Source: Hypanus sabinus (taxonomy: Eukaryota). Taken from it: a DNA stretch of 64,000 nucleotides. The translations under genes were made by a program, and so were the position numbers. Of the stretch, positions 60,345 through 64,000 are shown in pieces (position 1 is the first letter of the stretch; every line of letters begins with the position of its first letter). The notes beneath the pieces are model-generated. The model had not been told where the DNA came from. It searched no databases and saw only the letters and a program-made list of their open reading frames with translations. The stretch lies in contig NC_082722.1 in the NCBI RefSeq assembly GCF_030144855.1, positions 27,838,001 to 27,902,000 of the forward strand, written 5' to 3'.

Positions 60345-62262
60345 GTAAGGCAGGTTTTTGTATGCTTGTCAATAAGAAAAATACACATAGCTATTTCATA
60401 ATATTTTTGAGTGGAACAAAAATTGAATTAAACTGTTATGACCATGGATAATCACATGGTCCTGACTAGAGGCTGCGGTCGGGTCTGGTTTTAACATCAT
60501 TAAGTTGAAACTTGGCCCAATCAGAACCAGTTCAAACACAAACCAAGCTAAAGTTCTTAAATTTTGGACCAGACCCTGACCATCACTGTGAATGTAAGTT
60601 TCGTATGTGCTATTGATTGGAGGTATGATATAATGGTCCTGATATATTAAATGGTGTTGTATCAAAGGTTTTGCCTAATTCCGAGTGCTAACTTACATAG
60701 AGCTTTATTTCAGTATATCTGTTAACGTTTTAATTCAGTAAAATGCAGATGATTTAAACAAGTGTTACTGGACTCACTGCTATCCGTTTCACTCATGTTT
60801 GGGAGTGCTGGATACCAAATATATCTCCATATGTCCAAAGATCGTGTAACTGACTTTACATCTTGACATTTAAAAGCCATGTTTGTTATGAGAGTGCACA
60901 GAAATGTAATGTAGAAGGAAATTTACAGAATGTACTGTTCACTATGCACTGAATGTTTTGAATACTGTATTGGGAATCAGAGCTGGAAAATGAATGCCTC
61001 TTTGCTTTTGAGATCAGTTTTGCAGGTACCACTAGATGCGGATATTTAACCTCCTGTTTGATTGTGGAAAAAGCACAACGTTTCATTTTCAGTTCAGTAT
61101 TATTTTGCTTTCCATGATTAAGCTCAACCCATCTCACCATTTGCTCCAGTTTCCAGATTTTGGTTATTGGTTTATGTACGGAGATACAGAGGAAAGCTTG
61201 TCTTGCAGACTGTTCATACAGTCAAATCCTTTGAAATAGAGCAAGGTTATACAATATGATGATACAGAATAAAAAGTTACAGAGAAAGTGCAGTGCAGGT
61301 AAGCTGTATAGTGCAGCATCATAATGAAGATTGCAAAGCCAAGAGTCCATTTTATTTTACAAAGGAGCAGTCTTGTAACAGCAGGATAGAAGCCCCCTTG
61401 AGCCTGTTGTAGTTGCTTTCAGACCTGTGCATCTTCTGCCCAGTGGGAGAGGGGAGAAGAAAGAATGCCTGGGGTGAGTGGGGTTTTTGATTGTGCTGGC
61501 TGCTTTACAGAGGCAGCAAGAAGTATAGACAGAGTTCATAGAGATGAGGCCGATTCCTGTGAACACAACTCTCTGCAGTTTCTGCAATCAAAGCCAAGCC
61601 GGGATGCATTCAGATGATCTGGCGGCTCTCCTGTACAGTGACAGAGGGTTCAGGAGAATATTCACAGGCAATAACCAGCTACTGGAAGGTTATCAGATTG
61701 TCTGCCATGCTGATTGTGTCAGGTGGACCTCACCACTGTAGATTCTTGCCAATGACCAAAAGCAAAGGAGGGTGATCCCACTTCCTCCCAAATCCCAAAG
61801 GTGGGTTAATGAGCTGCAGTAAATTGCCCCTAATGTGCAGGTAAGAGGTGTAATCCAGGGAGTTGATGAGAATGAGGAGAGTAAAAAGTGAGAGTACTGC
61901 AGGACTGGTGTAAATGGAGAGCTGGTGTACATTTGTTGCATCGAGGTGTAACACATGCAGAATGCTGGAGGAACTTAACAGGTCAGACAGCATCATGGTG
62001 AGAAATAAACAGTAAACGTTTCAGGCTGAGACCTTTCATCAGGATCGTTTGACTGTTTATTCAGAGATATTGAAGAAAAAAATTCATAGTTTCTTAATCT
62101 TTGCAAACATTGCTCAGCCATCCCTTCTGCACCACATCTGTTCAATAGGCTTTGACAGCAGAAAATCAGTAGAATTTTAACAGTTCAGGTCACTGAAGAC
62201 TTTACAGTCCACATGCTTTAAAACTCATTAACTTGATGTTTTTAATTTGCTTTCTCATGTAG

Positions 62263-62387
62263 GTACTTTCTGGGCTGTGTTATCTCTGCTGTCCTTTGTT
62301 GTCTGATAGCCGTCACCATTTCAGGCTTTGTCTTTGTTGGATTCTTTATAAATCCAAAACTGCTTCAAAGCAGCCCAGAATTTGGAT
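62263..62387 (+). CDS. ZDHHC1-like: ZDHHC1/11-family coding exon 4 (TM helix); gene continues beyond the window
   Basis: YFLGCVISAVLCCLIAVTISGFVFVGFFINPKLL, comparable to ZDHHC1 YVFVEFFVNP; tag acceptor, gtaagt donor. Confidence 0.92.
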
Positions 62388-64000
62388 GTAAGTTTATTGG
62401 CTAAATTTTAATTTCAGTGATGTTATGGCTCAGATGCTTTGTACAACGCAAGTTATTTTGCTACCTGTTTTAATTGAGTGTGTCTGAATGATTCGAGGAT
62501 TCTTTCCGGAGTCGCTTCTGTTTTGAATCTTTTCCCTGTGTGCTCACACAATTTATGAATAGAGATGTCTGATGTTTTTGCGTCCTTTTGGTAGGAGCCC
62601 AAGACCATGTATAAAGATTCTGCAGTTCCATTTTCCATTGGCTTATTTTAGCGAATTTTCCAGAGATGATTTCAGTTTCCCTATCAAGGGGTAGTGGTAG
62701 ATGCAGCTACAATAGGGGCATTTAAACAACATTTAGAAAGGCACATGGATGATTGAAGGAGGGAAGGGTTAGATTGTGGTTAAATAGTTGGCTCTGAAGA
62801 GCCTTTACTATGCTGTAGTTTATCTGAATCCCATGTTACAAGTGGGGATCTATACTTACACAATATTTTCTCTTGCATTGAGCCATTTAATCAGTGAGGA
62901 CAAAATAACGCACTGCCATTGTTTATTAGTTGAGGCTAACATTAGACTTTGGGGTTGAACAAGATTATTGCGGAAGAAACAACACAAATTGTCAGGTTTG
63001 ACTTCTGGTCACTGTACTGTGGATCCATAAGATTTGGACACGAGTCACTGCTTTGAGTGGGTTAACAGTCACAGGCCAGTCTCTCCTTTGCCACACTCTC
63101 TCTAGTCCAAGGACGCGAAGATGACAAGAGGTGTTTCATGGTGCTGTGTTCCTCTGTGAGGCACATTTTTCCTGGTGCATAAGGCTGAGGGATTAGGAAA
63201 GGGTTCAGCAAATGGGGCTATCAGGGAAATGGATGAAATTCAAGGATTGGGATCATGGAAGAAATAGAAGCAGATTGGGGGGGGGATAATGGGTTCAAAC
63301 ATTGTGACTTAGTGGAAGTGCAGTAAAGGCTTTGGGAATATTGTACTTTAATGAGCTAGCCATGGTACTGCAACTTCCCACAATGCTTTGCAGATGCTGA
63401 GCTTGGCAGCGCTGCACTCTGACCTGTGTGTTCCTGTGTCAGCTGACTGGAGGAACTCAGCAATAATTTTAAATGCAATTGACATTATACCAAATCTTAT
63501 TCCCTCACCCTTTTGTGTGAATAAAAACTGACAATATTCTTTTGTTTCTTTTAAACATTTATTTTTTTCCTGACATAACGTGTGTATGAGCAAAATTTAT
63601 TCTGTATCTCAAAATTTTGGGATACTGATTTGTGAAATGTGTAAGTGACTTTCTGAAAACTAAGTGGCTTGTAACCCAAATGCAAGGTCGCCTGTGCATC
63701 TCAAAATAGAAGAGATTCAAGCTGTGGGATGTTTATAGATTCTTCAAGAAGGCAGCATCCATCATAAGGCCTGCCATCACCCATTTTTACCATCAAGAAG
63801 GAGGTACAGGATCCTGAAGATACAAACTCAACGTTTCAGCTTTATTCCCTTCGTTAAAATATTTCTGAAGGAACAATGAATCCAAGAGCCCTCCCTCACT
63901 TTTTACACTACTTACGTAATTTAATTATATAGGTAGCTAGACAGAGAGATATACTTACTACAGTACAGTGCAAAAGTCTTAGGCACGTGTATAGCTGGGG

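Overview
AT-rich eukaryotic (vertebrate) genomic DNA. Repeat types and gene families point to a cartilaginous fish (inference; no search was run). There are two 171-200 nt N-gaps. Left end, minus strand: a spliced immunoglobulin-superfamily gene with leader, a compact germline-joined V(J) exon, a C1-set exon and an atypical fourth exon. A full-length decayed L1 with a 17-bp TSD sits 354 bp upstream of it, head-to-head. Middle (17361-36979): a four-level nest, each level with its own TSD: solo LTR > class I (epsilon-like) endogenous retrovirus > Gmr1-like Gypsy (integrase before RT) > young GC-rich CsRn1-like Gypsy. The retrovirus carries a 2H-phosphoesterase-like domain between protease and RT; the innermost element has a clear -1 frameshift signal. 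Also present: a Chapaev transposon remnant, CR1, Rex1 and Penelope-like fragments, a second defective Gmr1-like element and a GPR139-like receptor fragment. Right end, plus strand: a CpG-island promoter and four coding exons of a divergent ZDHHC1/11-family palmitoyltransferase, with a U12-type intron and a nearly complete Buster-type hAT transposon in another intron. All homology calls come from motif recognition by eye.
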